From NCBI GenBank assembly GCA_963722255.1, contig CAVRJO010000001.1, forward strand, positions 448,001 through 512,000: 64,000 nucleotides of DNA. Direction: 5' to 3'. The notes below the pieces were generated by a model. That model searched no databases and was not told the DNA's origin. It saw only the letters and a program-made list of their open reading frames with translations. Of this stretch, positions 30,782-40,480 are shown one piece after another (positions within the stretch are counted from its first letter, which is position 1; every line of letters begins with the position of its first letter). Origin of the DNA: Candidatus Babeliales bacterium. Its GTDB lineage: Bacteria; Babelota; Babeliae; Babelales; JANWKD01. The position numbers and the translations under genes are program-made.

Positions 30782-31291
30782 TTATCTTTTTTTATGCACT
30801 ACAGCCCAAGGTGTTAGTGTATGCGGTTTGCAAATAGCCTTACTGTATATATCTTCTACCGCTAATCCATACACTAATAATGCATCACCAATCAATGATC
30901 GATGGCATCTCCATGGAACAGCTTCAGCACACATAAGCGCTACCGTTTTCTCATTTGCAAGTTTAATAATCTCATCTATACCTTTTTTAAACTCTTCTGT
31001 TTGCATATAATCTGCAAAACCTCGAAAAGAAGCATTTCTCCATGCTGTATTAAGAGAATCAGCATGAGCATGACGCAAACCACCTAAGTTTTTTTGATGG
31101 CGATACCCAATATGATGATTTCTTAAAACATGCGCTAACTCATGTTCATTAAATTGCGGATTATGACGCGACTTTGGGATTGTACGAATATCAACTAATT
31201 CTGTAATAGCATACTGCTTAAGAATTTCTAAAAAGTCCTCTAGTGTTCGTGTAGAATGTCCTATGGTATAAATGCGTAATTTTTTATTCAT
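30782..31291 (-). CDS. DUF488 family protein
   Basis: IYTIGHSTR, LVDIRTIPKSR, MCAE..PWRCHRSLI motifs. Confidence 0.9.
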   Translation of the reverse strand: MNKKLRIYTIGHSTRTLEDFLEILKQYAITELVDIRTIPKSRHNPQFNEHELAHVLRNHHIGYRHQKNLGGLRHAHADSLNTAWRNASFRGFADYMQTEEFKKGIDEIIKLANEKTVALMCAEAVPWRCHRSLIGDALLVYGLAVEDIYSKAICKPHTLTPWAVVHKKR

Positions 31292-31428
31292 AAAAAACCA
31301 GCCTTTTTTTTGCTACAAAAAAATATTTTGCCCTTGTAAAGATATGAATATTTTTAGTATATTTTTTGTCATCAGTTTATTGTGACAAATAGTCTACCTC
31401 ATTTGATAAAGCAAAGGATACATCTGCT

Positions 31429-32697
31429 ATGAAGCTAAAAATATTAGTTATTACACTGTTATTTCCTCTTAATTTTTTAATTGCAATGGAAGAAGATTCT
31501 TCACAACTACCAGAAAAAGATTATTCTCCTGAAGAATTAGTGCCCATAGTTATGGAAAAAGCTCGAGCAATATTTTCAAAAAATCCTAGTTTTGATAATC
31601 GCAATTTGATTAGCGAATTCTTTTCGCAAAATCCTCAGTTCAATGCTCCAAAAGAGATAAGTGAAGGCATTGAATATAACAAAAATCTTAAATCAAAGAA
31701 CGTAGTAGTAATTGGCGCAGGCCCCAGCGGACTTATTGCCGCTTTAGCACTAGCCAAAGATGGCCATACAGTGGACGTATATGAAAAACGTTCACAAGAA
31801 GAATTTGCTCTCCGTTGGCAAAATGTTTCTATTAATGTACCAGATCTTGTCAAACGAGATTTTCCAGAGCTTGATGAACTTTTAGAAAAGCAAAAACTTA
31901 TACAGCATGAAATGGAATTAGATGATCCCACTAAGATTCGTTCCTATCGAATAGCTATCGGCGATCTCCAAAAAACATTGGCTCAGCTTTGCAATAGTTT
32001 CAAGGTAACTATTCACTATGAAGGAGATTTTGAACCAAAAGAAGTTGATGCTGCGCATATAGTTCTTTTGGCTACAGGCGCTACTACATTTGACCAACTA
32101 AAACCTTCGTTAGTTGAACAATATAACTTTAAAAGTTTTCCCGAATACACAACTCATGGTGTTGCAGCTTTATACTACAAACCAGAAACCGATCTTCAAC
32201 CGGGATTAACAAAAAATCGAATAGTTGGTAATAGTACTGTAAACTGGGGCTTTAAAGTAACTTTAGTTGGAAATGGGCTAGAATCTCAAGCTGCACGATT
32301 AGCAACTCTTTACCCAACCGTTACAAAATTTAGTTCGCCTTCAATAAATCCCGCCTTATATTGGTATCTTTATGCTACCAAAAAAGAACAACCTACAACA
32401 CTACCTTTTTCTGAAACAGTCGACGTCCATTCGTTTGTTGATTTTATTCCGTCTCTTGCAACTAAAGGTGCATTAATGCATGAAGGTAAACCATTAATTG
32501 TTTGGGGCGATGCTCGAACCAGCGCTCATCCATTAACAGGTGCTGGACTTACTATTCCGTTTCGTTCTATTAAAGCACTTTTGCACTGCGTACGTAATTT
32601 TGATACTGATGCATCAAGTTTAGAGCGGTATAATAAACAAACAGAACCATTAGCGCGAGAACTGTTCATTAAAACTCTGTTGGTGACGTTATTTTAA
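31429..32697 (+). CDS. secreted FAD-dependent oxidoreductase/monooxygenase-like protein
   Basis: VVVIGAGPSG...VYEKR; GDA....HPLTGAG; signal peptide + MEE. Confidence 0.8.
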   Translation: MKLKILVITLLFPLNFLIAMEEDSSQLPEKDYSPEELVPIVMEKARAIFSKNPSFDNRNLISEFFSQNPQFNAPKEISEGIEYNKNLKSKNVVVIGAGPSGLIAALALAKDGHTVDVYEKRSQEEFALRWQNVSINVPDLVKRDFPELDELLEKQKLIQHEMELDDPTKIRSYRIAIGDLQKTLAQLCNSFKVTIHYEGDFEPKEVDAAHIVLLATGATTFDQLKPSLVEQYNFKSFPEYTTHGVAALYYKPETDLQPGLTKNRIVGNSTVNWGFKVTLVGNGLESQAARLATLYPTVTKFSSPSINPALYWYLYATKKEQPTTLPFSETVDVHSFVDFIPSLATKGALMHEGKPLIVWGDARTSAHPLTGAGLTIPFRSIKALLHCVRNFDTDASSLERYNKQTEPLARELFIKTLLVTLF

Positions 32698-32753
32698 ATA
32701 ACACTCCAAAAAAACTTGGGCTCTTTATAAAACCATTTTTTGGATATCAAAGT

Positions 32754-33185
32754 TTATTCTTCGTAGCTTCTTTTACTTCTCATTTTCTTTATGGCACTAC
32801 GCTTTGTTTTTTTCTGTAACCGTGATTCCTTTACCGCTCTAGAAACTTTTGTTTTCATACGTATTTTAGGTACGTAGAGTGCTTTTTTAACTTCAAGTGC
32901 AAGCTGCTCAAAAGCGGCTTGTTTATTTTGCTGCTGGCTACGTGATGCACCACTATGAATAATAAGATCGCCTTCAGTGGTTAAACGAGATTGCAAATTG
33001 GAAAAAACTCGTTTTTTTTGATCTTCATTAAGCGCTGATGTAGTATTCACGTTCCAGCGAACCGTAACACGAGTTTCAGTTTTATTAACATGCTGGCCAC
33101 CCGGGCCACCAGCTCTGCTTGTTGTAATTTCAAGCTCATGCTCCGGTATAACTATGCCATTTTTAACCCAAATATCATTCTTCAT
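32754..33185 (-). CDS. arfB: alternative ribosome-rescue peptidyl-tRNA hydrolase ArfB
   Basis: SRAGGPGGQHVNK GGQ motif, RSQ..N, basic C-terminal tail. Confidence 0.93.
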   Translation of the reverse strand: MKNDIWVKNGIVIPEHELEITTSRAGGPGGQHVNKTETRVTVRWNVNTTSALNEDQKKRVFSNLQSRLTTEGDLIIHSGASRSQQQNKQAAFEQLALEVKKALYVPKIRMKTKVSRAVKESRLQKKTKRSAIKKMRSKRSYEE

Positions 33186-33253
33186 ATAAATCCTAAAGTA
33201 GTAATTATACCAACTTTACTCAATTATTATGTTCATTTACAACATTCTAGCTT

Positions 33254-34324
33254 TTATGTAACACCAAAAAATTTTTGACAGCGTTCAATAAGTCGATCAA
33301 ATTCATGCTGATTTGCTGTTAACAAATCTTGACCACGCAAAAAAGTTATACCAAGAATTCCAGATTCTTTTGGTGCATAATAAATAAGTTCATCACGCGG
33401 CATACCTTTCAAATTTGTCATTATCACTTTTACATTAATCATATACTGTAACTGATTAAGAGGCGGTTGATTTTTGAGTGTAATAAGATGACCTTGCACA
33501 GGTATGATTCGTTTATCACCCGTAAGAATTTTTGCACCCATTCCTGCACAATTAAAAATAATTTTTTCTTCAACAGCTTCAAATGTTTCAACTTCTCCTT
33601 GAACTATTTTAATTCCTAATTCACGAATATTTCTATGCAACTCTTGCATCATTATAGAACTATTAATAAAAATCGTATCATAGTTCATTACTTCATACTT
33701 TTTTCCATTATCAAAATCTATAGTCACCTTTTGGGGCAATGCTAGCAATCCCTCAGAACAATATGGTTCAAATCCCGGGTCAATATCCAACCCATAATAT
33801 GCCGGCATTACTGAAGAGCCTGAATATATAAAAGGATGTTCACCACGAGAAATTTGAAGATAAGTAGTATATGATTCAATACCAAAAGAACGGAAAAGAG
33901 CTTGTTCAAATTCTGTAGAACATTTTCGATGGCGTGGGAAAAAAAATCCTGCAGCTTTTGTTGAAGGAATTCCATCGATTTCTTGTGCAACAATATGCAC
34001 CATATATCCTTTACGAGCAAGGAGTATCGCTGTTAAAAGACCATGGCACCCTGCACCAATGACACAAATAGGTTTATTTCTAAATTCTAAATTATAGTGC
34101 ACCCGCTCTTCAAATTGTCGAATTGATTCATGAACAGATCCAAAAAGAAAGGTCCACCCAGCACCTCCATGACCGTAATTATGGCAAATCAATTTGTCCT
34201 CACGAATTTCTGAATATACCTGGAATATACGTTCACGGTGTGCACGGATGCAGCTAATCTTTTCTTTAATATGCTCTTCTGAGATTGAGGGCGGCGTAAG
34301 ATAAATTATTTTTTTAGTATTCAA
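33254..34324 (-). CDS. D-amino-acid-oxidase-like FAD oxidoreductase, circularly permuted
   Basis: HNYGHGGAG near N-terminus, then VIGAG..G Rossmann motif, NCAGMGA, PVQG. Confidence 0.8.
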   Translation of the reverse strand: MNTKKIIYLTPPSISEEHIKEKISCIRAHRERIFQVYSEIREDKLICHNYGHGGAGWTFLFGSVHESIRQFEERVHYNLEFRNKPICVIGAGCHGLLTAILLARKGYMVHIVAQEIDGIPSTKAAGFFFPRHRKCSTEFEQALFRSFGIESYTTYLQISRGEHPFIYSGSSVMPAYYGLDIDPGFEPYCSEGLLALPQKVTIDFDNGKKYEVMNYDTIFINSSIMMQELHRNIRELGIKIVQGEVETFEAVEEKIIFNCAGMGAKILTGDKRIIPVQGHLITLKNQPPLNQLQYMINVKVIMTNLKGMPRDELIYYAPKESGILGITFLRGQDLLTANQHEFDRLIERCQKFFGVT

Positions 34325-34451
34325 GATTTGACTATCGAGTTTATAATGCTTTATTAATTTTTAAATATATCGTCTTAATGGATTTAAAGCAATATTCTAT
34401 CTGGATATTAAATCCAATTAGACAAAAGGCGTTATTAATTATATACTGATT

Positions 34452-34769
34452 ATGATAAAAATAAGCTTTTTAAAACATTACTTTGGGAGTTATATGAATC
34501 TTTGGTTAATAATCACAACTGCATTAACAAGTTTTATTATGGGATCAAAAAATCTTTCTGCTTTAAAAAAAATAAAAACACAAAATAGTTTTATTTATTA
34601 TGCTTTTGCAGCTCTATGCTTTATCACTCCTGCTATAGGGTTTAGTTTTATATTCCTCAACATACAATCATCAATGATCAATGGTATTTTTTTCGGGCTA
34701 GCAATAGGCATCGTAATGGCCATTCCGGCCTGTTTCATGCAATTTTATTATAAAAAAAACAATAATTAA
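34452..34769 (+). CDS. small membrane protein (DUF1761-like)
   Basis: 3 TM helices; resembles its downstream neighbour. Confidence 0.55.
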   Translation: MIKISFLKHYFGSYMNLWLIITTALTSFIMGSKNLSALKKIKTQNSFIYYAFAALCFITPAIGFSFIFLNIQSSMINGIFFGLAIGIVMAIPACFMQFYYKKNNN

Positions 34770-34778
34770 GAGGTTTAT

Positions 34779-35159
34779 ATGAATATTTTAGCAATTGCTC
34801 TTGCCACCATCTCTAACTTTGTACTTGGTGGATTATGGTATTCCCTATTATTTGGAAAAATTTGGCAAAAAGAGGCTAACATAAGTTTTGAGCAGATACA
34901 ATCTAACCCAATTCGACCATATTTTATTGCATTTATCTGTTCTTTGCTTGCTGCTCTTGGATTTGATTACCTGGTAGCGAATTCAGCATCCTTAGAAAAT
35001 AATCTGATACTAGGACTTATTATTGGCGGCTTTGTAGCAACATCACTTTGCATTAACTATCAATTTGCGGCTCGCAGCATTAAACTTTTTTTAATTGATG
35101 CAGGATATCATGTGGCACGATTTATTATTTATGCAATAATCTTTTGGTATATTCAATAA
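34779..35159 (+). CDS. DUF1761 family membrane protein
   Basis: LGGLWYS.LFGK.W and LFLIDAGY motifs. Confidence 0.85.
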   Translation: MNILAIALATISNFVLGGLWYSLLFGKIWQKEANISFEQIQSNPIRPYFIAFICSLLAALGFDYLVANSASLENNLILGLIIGGFVATSLCINYQFAARSIKLFLIDAGYHVARFIIYAIIFWYIQ

Positions 35160-35181
35160 AAAAGATTATTAGATAATTTTT

Positions 35182-35227
35182 AAAGAGAGCTTTTAGAATC
35201 AAAAATTTCTAGAGGCTCTCTTTTTTT
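35182..35227 (+). terminator. intrinsic terminator
   Basis: AAAGAGAGCTTTTAGAA...TTCTAGAGGCTCTC followed by T7. Confidence 0.7.
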
Positions 35228-35330
35228 AGTATAAAAAGCATTCGACAAGGTCCTATAGCAAGAGTACAATAAGTATCAAATTATAATAGAAGTAAAGTAG
35301 GCCAAAATCGGTAAAAATTCAGAGAATTCC

Positions 35331-35675
35331 ATGCAAATTGTAAAAGATCACATAACAATAGAAGAATTAAAACAGATGTCAGAAAAGATGTTTGGCGATT
35401 TAGTAAAAGCAGTAGTTGATATTGAAAAAGAAATCATGGTAGTTGATGCGGAACTTCATGCTGATGAGGAAGCAGTACTGTTAGAATCAGAATCTGAACA
35501 AAATAATCTTTGGGGAATTAACTTACATCCAAATAAACTACCCGATGAAAGCTGGATAGAATTTGATTCCATGATAAATATTCGTCCTAGTTGCAACAAT
35601 AGGAGTCGTTATATAAATAATCCACAAATCAGAGAAAAAATAATAAAAATTGTAAACAAATTGGTACAAAAATGA
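35331..35675 (+). CDS. DUF5674-like protein
   Basis: VKAVVDI......DAELHAD.E..LLE..S.Q.NLWG.N...IEFDSMINIRP motif. Confidence 0.8.
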   Translation: MQIVKDHITIEELKQMSEKMFGDLVKAVVDIEKEIMVVDAELHADEEAVLLESESEQNNLWGINLHPNKLPDESWIEFDSMINIRPSCNNRSRYINNPQIREKIIKIVNKLVQK

Positions 35676-36010
35676 AAGTATACCACCCTTCACTTGCCTC
35701 TGGTCGCTGGTTTAACTTTTCTTTAGCTGAACAATTAGCAAATGTTGGCAGTGATATTGAACGTACAATTCAATGGAAGAAAAAAGGTGATCTTGAATAT
35801 AGCAATAATGCATTTGAAAGAGCTTTAGAACTATTAAATTTAACTATTGAAGATCCAAAGCACAGAAAAAGACTTAAAGAGCTTTTGCGGGTACGTGAAA
35901 TCCTTTTAGATTATTTTCTTGGTGATAATATATACTCTTTTACAGATGAATTTTGGCAAGACTATTTTTATCAATTTAATTATGCAGCGGCACTTCAAAA
36001 AGGACGATAA
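35672..36010 (+). CDS. conserved helical hypothetical protein coupled to the DUF5674-like gene
   Basis: ATGA overlap; RWF..SLAEQLANVGSDIER...AFERALEL...KELLR.RE motif. Confidence 0.75.
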   Translation: MKVYHPSLASGRWFNFSLAEQLANVGSDIERTIQWKKKGDLEYSNNAFERALELLNLTIEDPKHRKRLKELLRVREILLDYFLGDNIYSFTDEFWQDYFYQFNYAAALQKGR

Positions 36011-36031
36011 AATAAAAAATAAGGAGAACTC

Positions 36032-36607
36032 ATGAAAAACTCTTTAGTAGCTTTATTTTTTTTACATTTTTGCGCTATTTTTAGCATGAATAATATCGAT
36101 GATTCTGACAAAGCTCTTAAACTTAGAGTGGTTTCAAAAAAAGAAAATTCGGAATACCCAATGTATAAATCCCCAACTATTTTAATAACAACTCACGCAA
36201 AACACCCTGATTTTATATTTTCTGAATTAAAGAAGTATCCAGTGCAAGATCTTTTTAATTTTCATTATGCTCAGTATAACAATCTTTTACATTGCCTTGT
36301 AGAAGGGTTAGTTGATAAGAAAGATTCTGTCGAAAATTTTGCCCAACTTATTAATGACTACAAACGAATATTTAAATGGCTTGTTAGCATTGGTTTTAAT
36401 ATTAACGAAGTGAATGATCATCACAACACTCCTCTTGTTTTAGCCTACAGTGCAGAAGATCACTCTGTACAGCCTCTTATTAATTTTTTAGAGCATGATT
36501 TACAAGCAAAAACAACCTATTTTTCTTTAGCGCCTGAAATGAGATTTTGCAAAAACGTCTTGTGGGAATTTTTTACCTGCCAATGGTGTAAACAAAAACA
36601 TTCTTGA
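36032..36607 (+). CDS. secreted ankyrin-like protein (paralog 1)
   Basis: Signal peptide; NLLH...GFNINEVN....TPL; Cys/Lys-rich C-terminus. Confidence 0.75.
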   Translation: MKNSLVALFFLHFCAIFSMNNIDDSDKALKLRVVSKKENSEYPMYKSPTILITTHAKHPDFIFSELKKYPVQDLFNFHYAQYNNLLHCLVEGLVDKKDSVENFAQLINDYKRIFKWLVSIGFNINEVNDHHNTPLVLAYSAEDHSVQPLINFLEHDLQAKTTYFSLAPEMRFCKNVLWEFFTCQWCKQKHS

Positions 36608-36649
36608 ATAAAAAATTAATTATTAAATACATTATCGATAAGGAATACA

Positions 36650-37240
36650 ATGAATAAACTATATGCACTATTATTATTTTTATTATTTATACCAATTTTT
36701 GGTATGGATCAACAAGATTTACCAGAATTTACGTATATAAGGTTTGAAGATTCAAAATATCCAATGTATGAATCACCCGGGCAATTAATCGATAATCATA
36801 TTCAATATCCAACATTTATACAGATCCAATTAAAAAAATATCGCATACAACAACTTCTAAACTTCAGACAACTTTACAGTCACAATAATCTCCTTCATTG
36901 TATTATTAAAAATTTAGCCGAAAAGAAAGAATCTCTTGAAAACTTTAGTGACCTTATAGAAGAATATAAACCAATACTTACCTGGCTTGTTAGCATTGGT
37001 TTGGATGTTAATGAAGTCAATGATAATCGTACTACCCCTCTTATGTTTGTTTATAGGGCACAAACTATCGTAGACTTCCAAGAAAAGGGAAATAAAATAC
37101 AATCATTAATCGATTACTTGGAACATGATTTACATGCAAAACCAACATATCTTTCTCTTGACCCTGAAATAAGATTGTGCAATAATTTCTTGTGGAAACT
37201 TTTTACCTGCCAATGCTGTAAAAAACAAAAATATTCTTGA
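36650..37240 (+). CDS. secreted ankyrin-like protein (paralog 2)
   Basis: Tandem paralog sharing YPMY.SP, WLVSIG, LEHDL.AK and FTCQ.C. Confidence 0.75.
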   Translation: MNKLYALLLFLLFIPIFGMDQQDLPEFTYIRFEDSKYPMYESPGQLIDNHIQYPTFIQIQLKKYRIQQLLNFRQLYSHNNLLHCIIKNLAEKKESLENFSDLIEEYKPILTWLVSIGLDVNEVNDNRTTPLMFVYRAQTIVDFQEKGNKIQSLIDYLEHDLHAKPTYLSLDPEIRLCNNFLWKLFTCQCCKKQKYS

Positions 37241-37310
37241 ATGTTGCAGCGCAATACAATAAAGTAGTAATGAAAGAAATCATTTTCATTATCATGAAAA
37301 GAGATCAAGA

Positions 37311-38162
37311 ATGTTTATACAAATATTGATTCTAACTATGACTCTTATAACAACGGCATCTGCGCATCAAAACCTCTCATTATTACGCGAACATAATCCT
37401 TTTTCCTATGATCTTGGCATAAAAATTATACCAAGCAAGATTAAGAATGCTGATGTTACAATCTGTTGTCATGGGTATGGGCATAATAATCAAATTGTTG
37501 ATGTTGTGCATTCTTTTAATATCATTCCCGGCATCTTAATTGGATTCAATTTTCCTGATTACAATATCACACCGGCTATTGATCACACAAAAGCTGCCTA
37601 TGGTACCATTAAAGAAATTCTACCGCTTCTTTATATTCTAAAAAGATGCGTACATGATCTTCAACTCAAAAAAATAAATCTTTATGGATTTTCAGCAGGT
37701 GCCGGAGCGATTATTAATGCACTTGCAGCATTAAATCAAACGCGCTTTGATACAGAATTACACACTATTGGTATCACACAAGCAATTAAGAAAGAGATCA
37801 TAAATGCGCTTGAAAAAGGATTAATTATTCTCGATTGCCCTTTAAAATCATGCGAAGAAATAATTGATCTTCGTGGCAAAAGTCCTGAATTTGAAATTTT
37901 GGCATCTAATTATAAAAAAAATAGTATGCGGCAAATTGATTCATTACAATTTTTAGCGGGATTACAACTAAACATACTTCTACATTTCCAAAAGCCTGAT
38001 CAAATTTTAGGCAACCGAGATGATACTCTTTTTATTGAACGGTTGCAAAAAGCCAATAAGGGAACTACCACCGTAGTTGTAGGTTTCGATGGTGGTCATA
38101 ACACTATGCATAGAACCTTATGGAATGCATATAAAAAGCTTCAAGGCTCAGCGTTAAACTAA
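37311..38162 (+). CDS. exported alpha/beta-hydrolase-fold protein
   Basis: CHGYG, GFSAG nucleophile elbow, D and GGH motifs. Confidence 0.7.
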   Translation: MFIQILILTMTLITTASAHQNLSLLREHNPFSYDLGIKIIPSKIKNADVTICCHGYGHNNQIVDVVHSFNIIPGILIGFNFPDYNITPAIDHTKAAYGTIKEILPLLYILKRCVHDLQLKKINLYGFSAGAGAIINALAALNQTRFDTELHTIGITQAIKKEIINALEKGLIILDCPLKSCEEIIDLRGKSPEFEILASNYKKNSMRQIDSLQFLAGLQLNILLHFQKPDQILGNRDDTLFIERLQKANKGTTTVVVGFDGGHNTMHRTLWNAYKKLQGSALN

Positions 38163-39325
38163 GGAACAACCGGACTTTTATGTTTACTGATATTTGCAAG
38201 AATAGATTTATCTATATTTAAATGAGCTTGCACAAGTTCAAAAGGAGTAAATGCAAGCCACTGAGCCAATGAAATATCAGCAAATCTATCAGTTCTAAAA
38301 ATTTCAAGAAAACGTAGTGTCGTAGTACCAATATTTTCAATATAGTGAGGCATTCTGCTTGGAACTGAACCCACATCGCCCGCTTGATAATTAAAGGTGC
38401 GTGCATTACTTCTTGGAGCAAATACGGTCATACGTGCATAACCTGAAATATAAAATTGCCACTCATCAGCATTGGGATGCCAATGTAATTCTCGCATGCC
38501 CCCCGGCTCTATTTCCACCAAAGCAGCCGCAATTGTTTGGGAAGCAGGAAACAGTTTTGAATCAGTAATTCGAACAGTACCACTCTTTGTTCGTAGTGGT
38601 TCTTGCTCCGACATATGGTGGCTAAATGTTCTTGGTACCGACCCACTGCCAACAATTTTATCTTTTGCAAGCAATGGCGGAACTTTTGACTGAAAAATAT
38701 ACAACTCTTTTTCAGGAATACGAGCAAAAGCTGATTCAGCGACACTAAAATTTTTGGCAAGAACTTCTTTTGGTGTATGCGCTAACCAATCTGTAAGAAG
38801 AAACGTTTCATCTTCTGAGAATTTACCATCATCAAACACAAGCAAGAATTCACACCCATTATCTGCCAATCCTTGAATTGAATGTGGAATTCCTGCAGGG
38901 AAAAACCATAAATCTCCCTCACTCACATCATCCTGAAATGCACAGCCATTTTCATCAACGGCAGTAATACGCGCATGACCTTTTAGTACATATGCCCATT
39001 CAGCGGCATGATGCCAGTGCATTTCTCGAATACCGCCGGCAGTAAGATGCATCATAACACCAGCAATAGTTGGCGAACTTGGTAATTCTCGAATCGTTGT
39101 TTCTCGAGTCCACCCTCCTTCGTAAAGTCGCATATGGCTATCAGAAAATGACCATTTTAAATTTGGTAAAAGACCATTATCAGTTTTTGGTGGAACAAAC
39201 ATATCGGGATTTTCAACGTCTCTTTCATGATTTGTTGGCCCAAAAATTGGGGCACCTAATCGATCTTTCATTGGTTCAGGTTGAAAACCCTCTCGTAATT
39301 TTTTATCTTCTTGGGCCATAAGCAA
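38159..39325 (-). CDS. oxalate decarboxylase family bicupin
   Basis: Two Mn-binding cupins: REMHWH..AEW and RELHWHPNADEW; PHSIQG. Confidence 0.92.
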   Translation of the reverse strand: MLMAQEDKKLREGFQPEPMKDRLGAPIFGPTNHERDVENPDMFVPPKTDNGLLPNLKWSFSDSHMRLYEGGWTRETTIRELPSSPTIAGVMMHLTAGGIREMHWHHAAEWAYVLKGHARITAVDENGCAFQDDVSEGDLWFFPAGIPHSIQGLADNGCEFLLVFDDGKFSEDETFLLTDWLAHTPKEVLAKNFSVAESAFARIPEKELYIFQSKVPPLLAKDKIVGSGSVPRTFSHHMSEQEPLRTKSGTVRITDSKLFPASQTIAAALVEIEPGGMRELHWHPNADEWQFYISGYARMTVFAPRSNARTFNYQAGDVGSVPSRMPHYIENIGTTTLRFLEIFRTDRFADISLAQWLAFTPFELVQAHLNIDKSILANISKHKSPVVP

Positions 39326-39536
39326 ACCTTATATGTATATACTAATTTCGATACAATACTTTGAGACTAGAGTACCTCTATACACTTTTAAAAAACAATA
39401 AGAAGAAGTCGTAAAGATTTTATAGATCTTTAAAAAATCACCAAATACTAGAAGAAATGATGTTGCTTTTTAATTAAAATTTCAGCTAAGTTTGTTATAA
39501 ATAACTCAAAGTATCTTGAAATAAGGGAGTTTAGAA

Positions 39537-39689
39537 ATGCCTTATAAAGTTGGTAAAAAAACAAAAACCAAAGGATGGCCAATATTAAAAAATGAAAATG
39601 GAAAGTGGAAGGTAATAGCGCATTCAGTGAGCAAAGAAAAAGCAGAAGCTAGTATTAGAGCACGTCATATGGGTGCTCATCAAAAGTAA
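39537..39689 (+). CDS. small basic hypothetical protein (50 aa, not in ORF track)
   Basis: AGGGAG RBS; MPYKVGKKTKTKGWPILKNENGKWKVIAHSVSKEKAEASIRARHMGAHQK*. Confidence 0.65.
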   Translation: MPYKVGKKTKTKGWPILKNENGKWKVIAHSVSKEKAEASIRARHMGAHQK

Positions 39690-39703
39690 AAAATCCAGCA
39701 AAA

Positions 39704-40024
39704 TTACATTGAGCGAAAATGCTGCAAATCATTGAACCCAATATCAAGAAAATAGGAACTACCATTAAGACTCATGTATGCAACCAATGCAGTTGCCCCT
39801 AGAGCTCCCAATGTACGCACAACTGATTCAGGACCCTTGCTGTTATTTTGGATGTCATTCATAATTTTCCAGATTACTGCTCCTCCAACCAAAAGTATGG
39901 CAGCTCCACCAACAACTTTTCCCGTCCCCTGAATTGCCAAAGAACCTTTCTCACTAATTGGAGTAGTTGTTGCAACATTAAAAAGTAAAAGTGAAAAAAG
40001 CGATATGTTTATTATTTTTTTCAT
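39704..40024 (-). CDS. small exported/membrane protein (paralog A)
   Basis: Signal peptide + 2 TM; N-terminus nearly identical to paralog B. Confidence 0.7.
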   Translation of the reverse strand: MKKIINISLFSLLLFNVATTTPISEKGSLAIQGTGKVVGGAAILLVGGAVIWKIMNDIQNNSKGPESVVRTLGALGATALVAYMSLNGSSYFLDIGFNDLQHFRSM

Positions 40025-40039
40025 AAAATCCTATTTTTA

Positions 40040-40366
40040 TTACTTTAAATCTTTAAGACCGTTGTCCAAGAGATGGATACCACTAAAAGTAAGGGCTATT
40101 ATCATTGCATAGGACCTTATATTGGGATAAATATCTATATATCCTGGAATAAGTGTCAGTGGTTGAAGATCCTTATGTTCAATAGCGTTATAAATTTTTA
40201 CATTTAAACCCGTACCCAATCCTAGGCCAACTAAATATACAGCAGCCCCACACACAACTTTTGCCGCCCCTAACATTGCCAAAGAATTTTTCTCACTAAT
40301 CGGAGTAGTTGCTGCAACATTAAAAAACAAAAGCAAAAAAAGCGATATGTTTATTATTTTTTTCAT
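40040..40366 (-). CDS. small exported/membrane protein (paralog B)
   Basis: MKKIINISLF..L.FNVA.TTPISEK shared with paralog A, including upstream RBS region. Confidence 0.7.
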   Translation of the reverse strand: MKKIINISLFLLLFFNVAATTPISEKNSLAMLGAAKVVCGAAVYLVGLGLGTGLNVKIYNAIEHKDLQPLTLIPGYIDIYPNIRSYAMIIALTFSGIHLLDNGLKDLK

Positions 40367-40480
40367 AAAATCCTATTTTTTATTTAAAAGAGTTATTATC
40401 GAACCAGCTTTTATCCATAAAAAATTAACACTTTTCAGTATAAACATGAAACAACATTTTGTAAAAAAAATATTAATTTT

